Source: Takakia lepidozioides (taxonomy: Eukaryota > Plantae > Bryophyta). Taken from it: a stretch of 64,000 nucleotides of DNA. This document shows positions 1 through 12,388 of this stretch, piece by piece. The first letter of the stretch is position 1. Every line of letters begins with the position of its first letter. The position numbers and the translations under genes are program-made. The notes under the pieces were generated by a model. The model searched no databases and was not told the DNA's origin. It saw nothing but the letters and a program-made list of their open reading frames with translations. The stretch spans positions 17,608,001 through 17,672,000 of the forward strand of contig CM060734.1 of assembly GCA_030704615.1 (NCBI GenBank), given 5' to 3'.

Positions 1-3000
1 TATGCTTGTACCAAAGCTGTGTACCCAGGGTTAAAAGACATAGGCCAAGTATTGAACGTTCTGATTGCCCTGAAACAGAACCAACAATATTTGAGCAGAT
101 CCTTCACAGAGGAAATCCTCAAAGGCTTGAAGGGACAAGAGGTACCATGGGCGGACATAATGTACAACGCACTGGTAGAGGAGATGAAAAGATTACAAGG
201 TACTACCGCAAAATCTCCTATCATAGTGTCTGGCCCAATCATTGCTCAAATAATCCTTAGTTCTGGCATACTTAATGCACAAGAAAGGAAGGAAATGGGA
301 GTGTTTGAGCCAGAAACAACTGCAATGGAAGAGCAAGGCTCTTCACACAGTGAGGGTGGACTAGCAGCACAACCCGAGACTAAGAGGCAGAGAAGGGGAA
401 AGACGGTAGTGGCGGATCCACTGGCTTCACGGATTCCGCATGATAATGTTTCCCAAGCTCATGACCAGGGAGGGGCACAGCAGCACAAAAGAATGTTATT
501 ACTGGAAGCAGGACCTTCAGAGAGGGAGGAAGAAGTTACTTCTGCATCACAACCAACACAGCCACTTGAACGACTTGTCACAAGGTCACAAGTTATCCAT
601 GCAGCTCAACCCGAAATAATAGATTTGGAAAGTGAAGGATAGATATTCCAACTACAGAACAGATAGTGGCGGAAATAGAGAAAGGGGACCTTCTCTATGA
701 ATATTCTGGTCTGGTCAAGCAGACAGAAATCCCAGAGGTGCAACAGTTGCCCAAGAAAAAATCCTGAGGTACATATAATGCACACACCTGTGTCGGAGGT
801 ACCACAGGCGGAAGGCCATGACACTGTAGCACCGGTCATAAATGAAGTAGTTCAGGAAGAAAACCCGGTGGGACAATGGTCTGAATGGTTAGTGAGACAT
901 CATACTGTTGAAGATCGGGAGGAACAGCAGCAACCTCACCATGATGACCCTCAACAGGCAATGCTGATGAATTCCATAGGCAGGACACTTAATTTGTTGG
1001 GGACTTATGTCAAAACCCATGTTCCAATTACCCAATTGACAGCCTTGAAAGAAGAACTCAGGAAGGAGTTTGAGGCTCGACTTGCCACTGAGTGTTCAAA
1101 CAAGGTCGATGAAGAGGTCACTCTCAAGATGAAGCAGGACTTGGCCAATACAGAAATGGCTTTGCAATTGGCCAAGCAACAATTGATTGAGGCAGGCCTT
1201 GCGCAAGACCAGTTGCACGAAGCACATAAGCAACAGCTATACCAAATGCAGGTGCAGCATGAAAGCAAGTTGCAAGAACTGAATGCACTACATACGGAGT
1301 TGCAGACAGTGCATAACAGGATGGAGATACAATGCGCTACATTTACAACTATGCTTGACCAATCAACAAAAGAAATAAACAGTCAAGCGGAAAAATGTAC
1401 GAAGGCAGAAGAAGAGAATGTGGAGCACATGAAGCTCATTGTCGATATGAAGAATACAATCTGTCGCAATGAAGAAACTTTCAAGCAATACAGCAGATGG
1501 AAGCTGAGAATGAGAATACATCGTGGAGTTGCAACAAACCATCGTGGCCAATAGAAATGAAATCGCGGTCAGTAACAAGGCTTCGAAAGAAGCCAATAAT
1601 CTACTTGCTGCCTATGCGCAATTGGTTGAGCCACAGGCGAAGCGCATGAAGGCTTTACAACAGCAGTTGGAATTGTATAAGCTAAGAGAGGAGCAAACTC
1701 TCAGGGGAACCACAAGCAGCTTGGTGGATAACAGCCTTATGCAGGTCTGGTTAGCACAAGGGCCGTAGAGGGCAAAAGCCCACGGAAGCTCACCCAAAGC
1801 GAGATGAATGAGCTCAGACTGCAGGTGCAGAACATTGCCACAACTACTATAGACAATGTCTATAGTAGGATAGCAGAGAACGAGTTACAGAGGATGTAGA
1901 CGGACTCCAGACTCAAGTGGAAGGACCTCACTTCAAACATCGACCAAAGAGTCTATATCCCTCAGGAACAGCTAATGGCTTCTTATTTGCAAAGCCAGAA
2001 CTCTGGCTTTTCAGTCTTCACAGGAGGTGCAGGAGATGCCAATGGTACAGGAACCAGTACCACACCACCACAACAGGTCAGTGTACCAGTAGCTGAACCT
2101 GTGGTTACTACAACCACACCACAGCCACCACAGCCAAAGGTATGGGGCAATGCAGCTTTTAACCCACCTAAACTCCAGCTGCCAGGGAGTACAGTAGGGC
2201 TATGATTATGCCCTTCAACCAAATTCCCATCATGTTGGATTTGGCTTGGAAAGAATTTAGTCCTCCGCAGTCATTCGCACATTACTACCAAATCATGCGT
2301 ATCTGGCTGCCAGTGGCAACCAGGACTAAAGTTCTTCCAAACAATCGACATATTGAAGATCATCACTTTGCACAATACTGGCACGAGTTAGGTACCATGT
2401 TGAGGGAATTGGTTGCTTTCCAGGTTGTACATGGACTCATTTATACCAAGACCAAGAGATAGCAAGTATTGTCATGGGGTGCGGGCTATACTACGCTGCT
2501 TGTTTCCTGATACGTTACCACATAGAGCAACAAAAGATGCAAGCACGCTTTCAAAGTTACTCAGTGGAGATCATTGGGTATTACCTTCGTTGCCACCTCA
2601 TATGTACCTATATGACCCAAAAGTTATGATACAAAAGGATTCTCAAATTCGTTCATGGTTTCAAGCAGCCTGCAACAATTTGTCAACACAGAAATTCGGA
2701 CTTGATGACATTTTCTATAAGGGACATATCGCATGGAAATACTTGCACGCGGCACCAGTAATTGGTACCCCCCCATCTGGACAGACAAGGAGCTCAGTGT
2801 CTACACCAATTTTGCTGTTCAACGGTTTACACCAGGTTGTAAAATGCAAACTTCCAGACATGGGGCACCATTGTATGCCCCAGATGATTCCACAAAAAGT
2901 TCGAAAATTAAAACACCTGAGAGGCGATGAGGATTCTGATACAACTGTTTCTTCACAAATTCTTTTGACATGGGAGAAGACTATGCAATTCAGATGGAAG

Positions 3001-3203
3001 AGAAGAAACAAAGGGGATCTCCTATGCCGGAAAGATTACCTCGATATCAACCTCCAGAAGGCCTCACTTATCCAGGAGTATCAACCATCTCCATCAACCA
3101 GAGACAGACCTCGGGCTCGTACACACAGCCCCACCACGAAACTCTCAACGTCAACAAGGTGCTCACTCACAAAGGGTTGCTACTCGGAAACAGTAAACCG
3201 TGA
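1..3203 (+). pseudogene. Degenerate long extra ORF (coiled-coil-rich, unknown function) in the 3' internal region of a Ty3/gypsy LTR retrotransposon
   Basis: Chain of consecutive + strand ORFs (19-642, 697-1554, 1523-1768, 1975-2205, 2202-2462, 2413-, 2733-2930, 2970-3203) broken by stops and frameshifts. The 950-1950 stretch is heptad-like and E/Q/K/L-rich. It ends just before a PPT and LTR. Confidence 0.6.
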
Positions 3204-3217
3204 GGACACGGCTTTTT

Positions 3218-3230
3218 GAGGGGGAAGGGG
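3218..3230 (+). promoter_or_regulatory. Polypurine tract (PPT)
   Basis: GAGGGGGAAGGGG followed after 3 nt by TGTTAGA, the LTR start. Confidence 0.85.
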
Positions 3231-3233
3231 TAA

Positions 3234-3618
3234 TGTTAGAGGACTGTAGGGGACTTAGACACTTATACGGGATCTGTAGGGTACCCTTAATTTTTGCACA
3301 GACTGAGACAAACAGGAACCTTAGGGGTGACAGCAGCGCACTGTAGAGGGGGGTTACATAGCCCACACAGCCGCACAGCAGTCACAGCCCACAGCCAATA
3401 CAGCCCGTCACAGTCGTCACACAGCCTACACAGCCGACACAGCCGTCACAGCCCACACAGCCGTCACAGCCCACACAGCCCACACAGCCCGTCACAGCAA
3501 CACAGCAGACACAGCCCACACAGCCAACACAGCCCGTCACACCCGTCACAGCCCACACACCCGTCACAGTCGTCACAGCCCACACAGCCGTCACACGTCG
3601 TCACAGCCCGTCACAGTC
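3234..3618 (+). mobile_element. 3' LTR (truncated by assembly gap)
   Basis: Starts TGTTAGAGGA and closely matches the reverse complement of the sequence ending at 8985. Contains CACAGCC-type simple repeats. Confidence 0.85.
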
Positions 3619-4118
3619 NNNNNNNNNNNNNNNNNNNNNNNNNNNNNNNNNNNNNNNNNNNNNNNNNNNNNNNNNNNNNNNNNNNNNNNNNNNNNNNNNN
3701 NNNNNNNNNNNNNNNNNNNNNNNNNNNNNNNNNNNNNNNNNNNNNNNNNNNNNNNNNNNNNNNNNNNNNNNNNNNNNNNNNNNNNNNNNNNNNNNNNNNN
3801 NNNNNNNNNNNNNNNNNNNNNNNNNNNNNNNNNNNNNNNNNNNNNNNNNNNNNNNNNNNNNNNNNNNNNNNNNNNNNNNNNNNNNNNNNNNNNNNNNNNN
3901 NNNNNNNNNNNNNNNNNNNNNNNNNNNNNNNNNNNNNNNNNNNNNNNNNNNNNNNNNNNNNNNNNNNNNNNNNNNNNNNNNNNNNNNNNNNNNNNNNNNN
4001 NNNNNNNNNNNNNNNNNNNNNNNNNNNNNNNNNNNNNNNNNNNNNNNNNNNNNNNNNNNNNNNNNNNNNNNNNNNNNNNNNNNNNNNNNNNNNNNNNNNN
4101 NNNNNNNNNNNNNNNNNN
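3619..4118. other. Assembly gap (500 N)
   Basis: Run of N. Confidence 1.
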
Positions 4119-5465
4119 CTTACACACAATGTGTCCCAGAAGCACCCCTGAGTTCACACAGAAAGTACACTTCTCTGGATTCAGGCCCAGACCTCTCATC
4201 CTGCATCTGGCCAGACATAACTCCAATTTATGTAAGTGCTCATTCTTAGAGTTGTACACACTGAAATCATCCAAGAACACTAGGATTTCCATTTCTCCTT
4301 CTCTTTCTTCATAGAAATGTGATGGGTAACTGCTGGTTTCCTCTTCAGTTGGTGTTGCTGTCACTACACCACAGCAGATACCTCTTAAACAACTTAGGCT
4401 TTCCAGCCGCATCTCTGCAACCTGTTCCCACTCTGGGTGTGCAGCAAATAGGGTAGCTTCATGCTCCTCATCCAATCCTCCTCTCCAGACATACTCTCTG
4501 ACTCCTCGAGGTCTTCTTGTAGCAGGTAATCTACTAGATTTCTTTGTGGTAATTTGTATCTCGTGTATCCCATTATGCACGGTTAGTAACTGAGAATTCC
4601 AGTCATGGAATACCCTGGCCCGTTTCAGCCACGGACGTCCCAATAATAAGGAGTAAGCCTCCATGACTTCATCCATCTTCAACACAGTTACTGTGATCAT
4701 AAAGATCATCTTCTGTATCTGTATCTTAACTCCTCTTATCAATCCCAATGGCTGTACACTTCTTTGATCTGCCATTGTTACTGTAAATGGGGCTGGTTTC
4801 ATGTTACTTAGACCAAGCTTCTTCCTTAATTGGTCTGTCATGATATTTACTCCAGAGCCTCCATCTATCAGTACATCAGTTAGTTCTGTGTTTCCAATTC
4901 TCAATTGGATTACTGGCATAGAATCATCAAAGTCCATGACTGTTTCTCGCCCTTCCAGCTTCACATTATAACTGGTCACCTTGCTGTTCAGGTCTGTGTT
5001 TCCTGTCTCCTGGGCAATTCGATTGATTGCTTGATACAGCCTGTGCCTACAATAAGGTGCCACAGCCAATAGCTGTCCAATGGTAATTTTTGCTTTGGTC
5101 TGGCATATTACTTCAGCCAAAGTCTCTTCATTACTTTGCATGTCTGCATCTTTTTTTTTCCTTTCTTCCTCACTCCCTTCTTTTTCTCCATCCGAATCAG
5201 AGGAATCTGCCACAGGAATATCAGTACTCTTTTGCATTTCCCTTATAGTATCTGCCACTTCCTTGTGCAGTTCCTTCTCATCTTTCCAAGTCTCTTCATC
5301 TTCAGGCATATCATTGCCACCTTCATTATCATCTTCTTCCTCTACTACTGGAGGTATTAGTTTGGCTTTACTTCTTGTTACTATCATTGTACTTACTTCT
5401 GGTACAACAGATGGCCTAACCATGTGAGCTGCCACCACTGGGCCCTCATTCACAGGAGCTCTCAT
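4119..5465 (-). pseudogene. pol: pol fragment: aspartic protease plus C-terminal half of reverse transcriptase
   Basis: VLIDGGSGVNIM and YSLLLGRPWL (protease); VFLDDFSVY...GLNPEKCTF...LLGHIV (RT catalytic and downstream motifs). The N-terminal RT motifs are missing. Confidence 0.9.
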
Positions 5466-7427
5466 CTCATTCTGGTGTCTTATCCAGAATGAACAGGCTG
5501 CCTTGCGATGTCCTAGCTGATTACAATAGTAACATAGTTCTTCACCATTGGGTCCTCGCCCTTGGTCTGTTCTGGATTATTTCTATAATCCTGATTCCCG
5601 GGCTGGTAATTCCCCCTTGGATTACCCTGATAGTTGCCTCTGGAATTTCCTTGGTAATTCCCTCTTGAATTACCTCTCCCTTCCATGCCATTGTTATAAC
5701 CACCAGACCTACCATAGTGGTCCTGATCATTGTTTCTTCTTGGCTGGGGCTGCACCTGATGCACCCTTACTTGCCTAGGTTCTCTTGCAGCTGTCTTTCT
5801 GTTGTAGTAACAATTCTCAGTAGAATGGTTATCCATTTTACAGATAGTACAGTGTTTCTCTTTCATGTGGCATTCAGTAGTGGTGTGGCCTTCATTCTGG
5901 CATTTTGCACACCAAACACCCTTCCTCCAATGTGTTGCAGCCTCTGTGGCATACTTCTTCAAGATTTCTTCCAATCTTTTTTCATAGTTATCCCTCTTTA
6001 GCTTCTCCTTTCTCTTACTCTTCCTTTTAGTTCCTGCTCTTCTTTTCATCTGACTCATCCTCAGAGTCCTCATCATCCTTTTTCTCTCTCCTGAGCATTC
6101 CCAATTGCTCAATTCTGTTTGCAGTTTCAAATGCCTCCTCCACTGTATTATGGGGTAACATATCCACTTTCTTTTGCAACTCTGGTCTTAGTCCACTCAC
6201 AAACCAAGTCTTCTGTAAACCTGGTGCTGGTACTGCAGCCAGCTTTTTTCATCATCAATTCCATCTTTTCCATATACTCCTCAACAGTTTCATGCTTCTT
6301 TTGCTTTAACTGTTGTAAACTTCCATACACTTCATCCTCAGTTTTACTTGTCCTGAACCTATTTCGGAATGTTGTATTCAAGCCATTCCAGGTTAGGAAA
6401 TGATTATTAGGGAATCTTGCATACCATTCACTTGCTTTCTTGATAAGTGAACAAGGAAACAATCTCATCTTGGCATCATTGCCATTCTCATTGTTCACTA
6501 TACACATGTGCTCAAATTGGCTAATGTGTACATCGGGATCCCCTTTTCCTGAATATATTGGAAAGGGTGGTTTTGCCCGTGTTGGTTGTAACGCCATCTG
6601 TGGCCCTACCTTCTGCCCACTGACAGGTGCTGGCACCCTTGCTGGTGCTGGTCCTTCTGGACCTGTTGTTTTTGTGGTGGATCTTCCACCAAGTGGTGCC
6701 CTTGAGCACTCCCTGCTTCTGGCCCCACGATATTCACAGTATTCCCAGCTTTAGTTGCACTACTTCCCACATTCCCTGTCCCCCCAGAGCCAGATCCAGG
6801 CCGCCCGCCTGATCCCCCTGAGCCGACACCTTCGTTGGCCTGTGATCCAAGTGCTCCACTTGATCCAGGTCCAACGGGTTGGGATGTCCTGGTTGTAGTC
6901 TCAACCTCAGCTGTTGGGTCTACTTCTTCATATTCTTCCTCTTCCAATTTCTTCTCTCTGTTTTCATCCTCTAAGTTCTGCCCCTGGGTTTCTTCTTCAC
7001 TCATGTAACTCAACTGTAATGGTGTTGGAGAGTCTGAACTCTCCGTTGGCTCTGCCACATCCTCTTCTCCTTCTTCACCTTCCGCTTCAGAAACTGGAGT
7101 TCCTGCTTTTGGTGTTCCATGCCAACTCTTATCAAAGATTTCTGTCAAATCTTTTATCCAGGGATGTACCTCAGATCTTTCACCTCGTGATTGATCTTCT
7201 TCCTGTACAAATTCCCTTAATCTTTCTTGCAAAGAAACAGAAGGAGTGGCATCCAACTCTAGTTCTTCCGGTATGGGTGATGTATTCTTTGATCTTAATG
7301 GTGTGAGAGGTCCAGATGATTCCCCTATGTCTATTCCTCTCTCCCAAAGATATGGATAATTAGCTTTTAGATAGCTTTCTCTTTTTGCTGAATATCTCTG
7401 GCGTCTAGCTTCTCTTTCATCACTCAT
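5466..7427 (-). pseudogene. gag: gag (capsid domain plus three CCHC zinc knuckles), frameshifted
   Basis: FPIYSGKGDPDVHISQFE...LFPCSL..KASEWY and LKQKKHETVEEY; knuckles CAKCQNEGHTTTEC, CTICKMDNHSTENC and CYYCNQLGHRKAAC. Confidence 0.9.
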
Positions 7428-7629
7428 GTCCCATGTCTTTCATTTCTTTTTAATGTGGCAATAACCAAAACTCTCTTCTGTAATATCTCTCGTATATGCC
7501 TGGGTTTCTTTCAAGCTTCAATGCACCCTTGGCTATACTTGAAGTCTCCGTTACCATATAACCATATGGCAAACAAGTCTGGAAAGCTGTTCTTGGTGTG
7601 AGTTTGATCCACAAAATATCCTTTGGAAT

Positions 7630-8145
7630 CTAATTCTTTACCAGTACAAGCTCTTCATGCATATGAGTATAAACATTCACTTTTCTTTCTTCCCAGCCTT
7701 CAAACTCTACTCGCTTAATGGATAGCAATGCTATCACATAAACCAACGTTGGTAACCAACGTGCTCTTCCTCTACAGGCTACCTGATAAATCTTTATCAC
7801 TCCTTTCTCCAGACCCCATTCCGGATCAGCATCATGCACTCGCTTAAGAATATTTTCTTTACAACCGTCTGGCAATTCCAAGAACCTTTGAAAGAATTGT
7901 TTGGACAATCTTTCTTCCTACGTTCCACAGGGAATTTGATTCACTTCAAACTCTTTAATGGTCCAACCACCATGATCCCACCAGATGCCTGTCACATCTG
8001 GTTGTTCATGACTCAGTTCCCCAGTATGGTCGCCAAATGTCGCGCGGCTTTTACTCACCCATCCCTTCGCTATCCGAGGCGGAAACTCCAAGATAGAAGA
8101 GTTGGAAATCTCTAAGTACTCAACCCGCTCAGAACAATCAGTCAT
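7630..8145 (-). pseudogene. Extra ORF0 upstream of gag (unknown function), interrupted by in-frame stops
   Basis: ORFs 7918-8145 and 7630-7908 share a frame, separated by one stop. The frame appears to continue toward the gag start. Confidence 0.45.
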
Positions 8146-8202
8146 GACCTACAGCTAGTGTATCATGGGGGTGTTTCCTATTTGTTTCCCTTTCCACATT
8201 CA

Positions 8203-8985
8203 TGTTAGCTACCTTACCATTGATAATTAAGTATCAGTTTGCTTCATCAATCTATCAAATTCCTTCAACTCATCCATTCATTCCACAGCTTCACTCAGAT
8301 CTCTCTACACAGTGTGATTGTATCGTATAAGTATCAGATTATGATTTATCAGGTATCAGGCCGAAGCCATTGTGTCTCTAATCTGCTTTACAATATCACT
8401 ACAGCTTTGCATATAACAAGCATCTACTAATCATCTCTCCTCCTTCACCGTGCTCTCCATGCTTGCTTCCGTTCTTGCTCTCCGCCCGATCCCCTCTCAT
8501 CCATGACCAAGAAGTCCTCCCCCTGACGTGCTTCCAAGAATAATAATCCCCTTCTCAGTCCTTGCTTCTCCCTTTATCTTCCTACCCGTGGCTCTAACCG
8601 TTTCCCTCACTAACCGTCGTCCGTGAACTAACATGTTCCATTTGCAGGTGTTGTTCCCCACAGTCGTTCCCTGTCCTGCTCTCCGTTCCCTATGGTCGTG
8701 ATAGCTGTGTCAAGCTGTGACTGGCTATGTGAAACTGTGACGGGCTGTGACTCGCTGTGCGACTGTGTTTGGCTGTGTCGGGCTGTGACTGGCTGTGTTG
8801 GCTGTGATGGCTGTGTCGGCTGTGAGGACTGTGACGGGCTGTGTTGGCTGTGATGGACTGTGTAAACCCCTTCTACAGTGCGCTGCTGTCACCCCTAAGG
8901 CTCCTGTTGATCTCAGTCTGTGCAAAAATTAAGGGTACCCTACAGATCCCGTATAAGTGTCTAAGTCCCAGACAATCCTCTAACA
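8203..8985 (-). mobile_element. 5' LTR (about 783 bp)
   Basis: TGTTAG...CTAACA termini on the - strand and match to the LTR at 3234. The inner boundary is less certain because no canonical PBS is seen. Confidence 0.65.
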
Positions 8986-11900
8986 TACCCTCTGAGCTGG
9001 TGTTGTCCATAAAATTCTGATTATGCTCAATCTAGCACTCCTGCTCTAATTGAGTTTTGGAGAGATGATGGAAATCCAGATCCAGACCTTTATGCATTCA
9101 TGGAACATAGACTAAATTATCAGGTTGGGCTTTTGGAATTGCAACACCTGGCACTCGTTTTTAAAGGCTCAAGTGTTTCTGCTGATGGTATGTACCAAGG
9201 GTGGTGTTTGTCCTGGTTTTTTTTATAAAAAAAATTTAAACAAGACTCCTTCAATGATGAATGACATCTGAATCCAGGGTGATGGTTGTCTTGGAAATCC
9301 CACCCTCCCACCCTAACTTTTCATGTACTTCCAGGAAGATGACATGAGTTTCTATCAAGTAAGACACTGTCTATGCGAGGTGAAGTTAGATAGTGCCTCG
9401 TCATGAGGCTGATTTGTCTTTATTTGACAATGACAGCACTTGTCTTGTCTGTGCCTTGACGAGACATATTTATCTTCCCTCTGTTTTTTGCCCAGTGTAC
9501 TTAGTGGTTTCTGTACACACTTGCTACCTCTCACTTGTCATTTTCTTGTCTTCTTACTTTGATGTTCTAACACCTTTAATGGCTTTTGCAGAGGTCTGGC
9601 AAAGCCATGGGGTATCAGCCCCCTATACCTCCATAACAATAATATGGAGCAACAAATCCCTCATAAGGTATGATCCTCTCCAGCAAAAATATGTTGGTTG
9701 ATTGGGCACGGAGAGTAAGGCATCCTCGATGGTACCTGAAATAAACATAGAGCATCTAAATGACTTCTGAATTATGATATTATGAGCTAGGCCCTGGTAA
9801 GACAGCCTGCTAGAGTACATGTACTGTACACCTTATACATGATCCGGTCAATGCACATTACTCTTGTTAGCTGGTCTCCTGTAGCCGATGCCTTATGTCA
9901 GTTTTAGATACCTTATGTTACGAGTGACTTCCGTGTCCTTGGCTCAAGTGCTTCCATGTTTCTCCAGGTTATGGCTTTGCTCTTTGTAACACCAAAAAAA
10001 GTACCCAATCTTACTATGTTGCTGGAAGATGGCTTGTTTGAATCAGGGGCAGTAGACTACTGCCAGTGGCTGAAGAACACAAGTTCTTATTCATACCTTT
10101 GGGTAAATTGGTTCTAACCAAAAAGTTGGCCGATATGGTGGGAAGATGTGCAGTAGTCTGCTGCCATTGGTTGAAGAACACCTGTAATTTCTGAACTCTT
10201 GCCAAGTTTGAATTACGTTGTGCCAATGTTCACTCGTAATCCGAGAGCAGAGAGAATGCAGGCCTTTTATCCATTTGGTATTCAAGTCCAAGGATAGAAC
10301 TACATTGTAGAGGGAGAGCCTTATGAGAATGGGTCTGGTATGCGCACTCCCTTACGGGGTGAGTGCATACCAAACTCACTCCATAAGGGATTGCCATACC
10401 AGGGGTTGGATGGTGGGTGCCCCCCCTCTCCCTCTCTCCAATTATCTGTTCAGGATTAACAATTTTTTTCCTAAGCCTATCTGGTTTGGAAATTTATTGT
10501 CTTGAACTTTACCACCGAGGATGTAGCCTGCAATTTTTCATCCATTACATCCTTCCTCAATGTAACCATAACGGATGTAAGCCTAAGAGGATGTAACCTT
10601 AATGAAAGTGCAAAATTTCATTCCCAGTGGATGAAATCGCGGGATGGTTTGCCTAACCGTCTCTCTGCCCTAAGCACAGCACGATACTCGTGCTTGTTTT
10701 CTCTGGTGGAGGGCGATGGCGGCTGAGTGCTCGAGCAGCACGATCTGCGCGCGCTTTGTTTTTTTAATGCGCGATGGCGGCAGGTACTTCCATTTCCCGT
10801 GCTGGCAAACGACCTACTGCTGTGTTTGCCTGCAATCTGTCGCATTCATGAAGCAGCGGCGCTCTTAAGGAGACGGAGGAAGTTAAGTTGCACTTTGTAA
10901 AGATGCAATTTTCCTCGAGTCTCCCATTTTGTTGCATTCTATTGAGATTCAGATGTTGAACGCCGCAGCGTCCCACTCCACAAACGATTAAGGTTCTTAG
11001 TGGTGTCGCATCTTTGTTTTTCTTTTGATCAATTTGCTCACTGTAGAATGCATGTTGGACATGGATAGCAACTATGAAGACCTGCTACTCACTTGGTGCA
11101 TCCTCACTAACACCCATCTTTGATGTGGTGGTTTTGGGGACGGGCACAGGTGAGGGCCTTCACTTAATATGTATCTTTCAGTTTGCAGATGATCAAAAGA
11201 CTTGGCGATGGTGACGATTGACGCTGAATACTGCTTCAGCGGGGCATCCGATACGATTTGTTTTTGTTTTTTTATGATTGCAACCAACTGCTTCTGTTGA
11301 ACAATATGGCAATGTGCTGAGCTTTATAGAATACAGACGTTCTATTAAGACTCGGGGGTTTTCAACCTGATTATAAGTCGGTTTTTCTAGCATGATACCA
11401 GTATGAACTTTGGCATCATATTGATATGGTGCTGGAGTAACATCTCCAGACCTAAAGCTATCCAGTGATGCTTAAAACAGGCCTTCTTATGTTGTTTTAA
11501 CATGGTAAGTACCAAGGAGTACTTTTTGGACATCGAGGTTAGAGTTCTAAGACTAAAACAGTCATGACTACACTGCTCTAACTTAGAGATTACCAAGCTG
11601 CTGGCATGATGGGCTTTTCAGATTACATAACATCTGTTTTAAGGTTGCCAAGCAATGCCTTTGGAACCACCCTTTGAGCAAATTACAGGCTGTCTGGTCT
11701 GATTTATCAAGCAGGTCTTTGGAACTACGTTCTGAATTTAGAACAGAATGTCTAAGCTGTTTTGGCTCGATGGCTTTTCAGACTACATACTGGCTGCTTT
11801 AGGTGTACCAAGCAGCATCTTTGAAATTAAGCGTTGAGTTTAAAACAGGCCAAGCACCTGGCATGACGGGCTTTTCAGATTACATAACATCTGTTTTAAG

Positions 11901-12388
11901 GTTGCCAAGCTATGCCTTTGGAACCACCCTTTGAGTCTGAAACAGATCTGGTTTTACTGTTTTAACTTGTTTAAGGCAGATATATTCATATTGTTTTAGC
12001 TTGAAGAATACCAAGCAGATGTATTGAAGGGCTTTGCCAAATTACCACCGTCTGGTCTGAGTTATGAAGCAGGTTTTTGGAACTACTCTCTGAGTTTAAA
12101 ACAAAACTGTCTAAGCTGTTTTGGCTTGATGGCTTTTCAGATTACATAATGGCTGCTTTAGGTGTACCAAGCAGTATCTTTGGAATTAACCATTGAGTTT
12201 AAAACAGGCCTGGTTACGCTATTATAAGTTTGAAAAGTACCAAGTAGTACTTTTGGACATACCCAGTGATTTGAAAGCAAGACCTTTGCACACTGTTTTG
12301 ACTTGGAAAAATACCAAGCAGTGGGCTGGTCTGGCTTTTTCAAAATACATAATGTCTGGTTTAATTTTTCAAACTGGGCTTTTTGGAA
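8986..12388. repeat. 3403-bp tandem repeat unit, copy 1 (non-coding, with internal sub-repeats at about 11590-12390)
   Basis: Sequence from 8986 recurs at 12389 (offset 3403; ORF pairs 9393/12796 and 9623/13026). Confidence 0.9.

Larger units (their letters stand above)
4119..8985 (-). mobile_element. Ty3/gypsy LTR retrotransposon, 5' part (5' LTR, ORF0, gag, protease, partial RT), degenerate
   Basis: LTR start at 8985, then gag, CCHC knuckles, aspartic protease and RT in gypsy order. Inserted into the 3403-bp repeat at GGAA|TACCC. Confidence 0.9.

Noticed and set aside
3294-4151. His/Ser/Pro-rich ORF and other ORFs running through N gaps (also 28476-29330)
   Set aside because: Artefacts of CACAGCC simple repeats and N runs.
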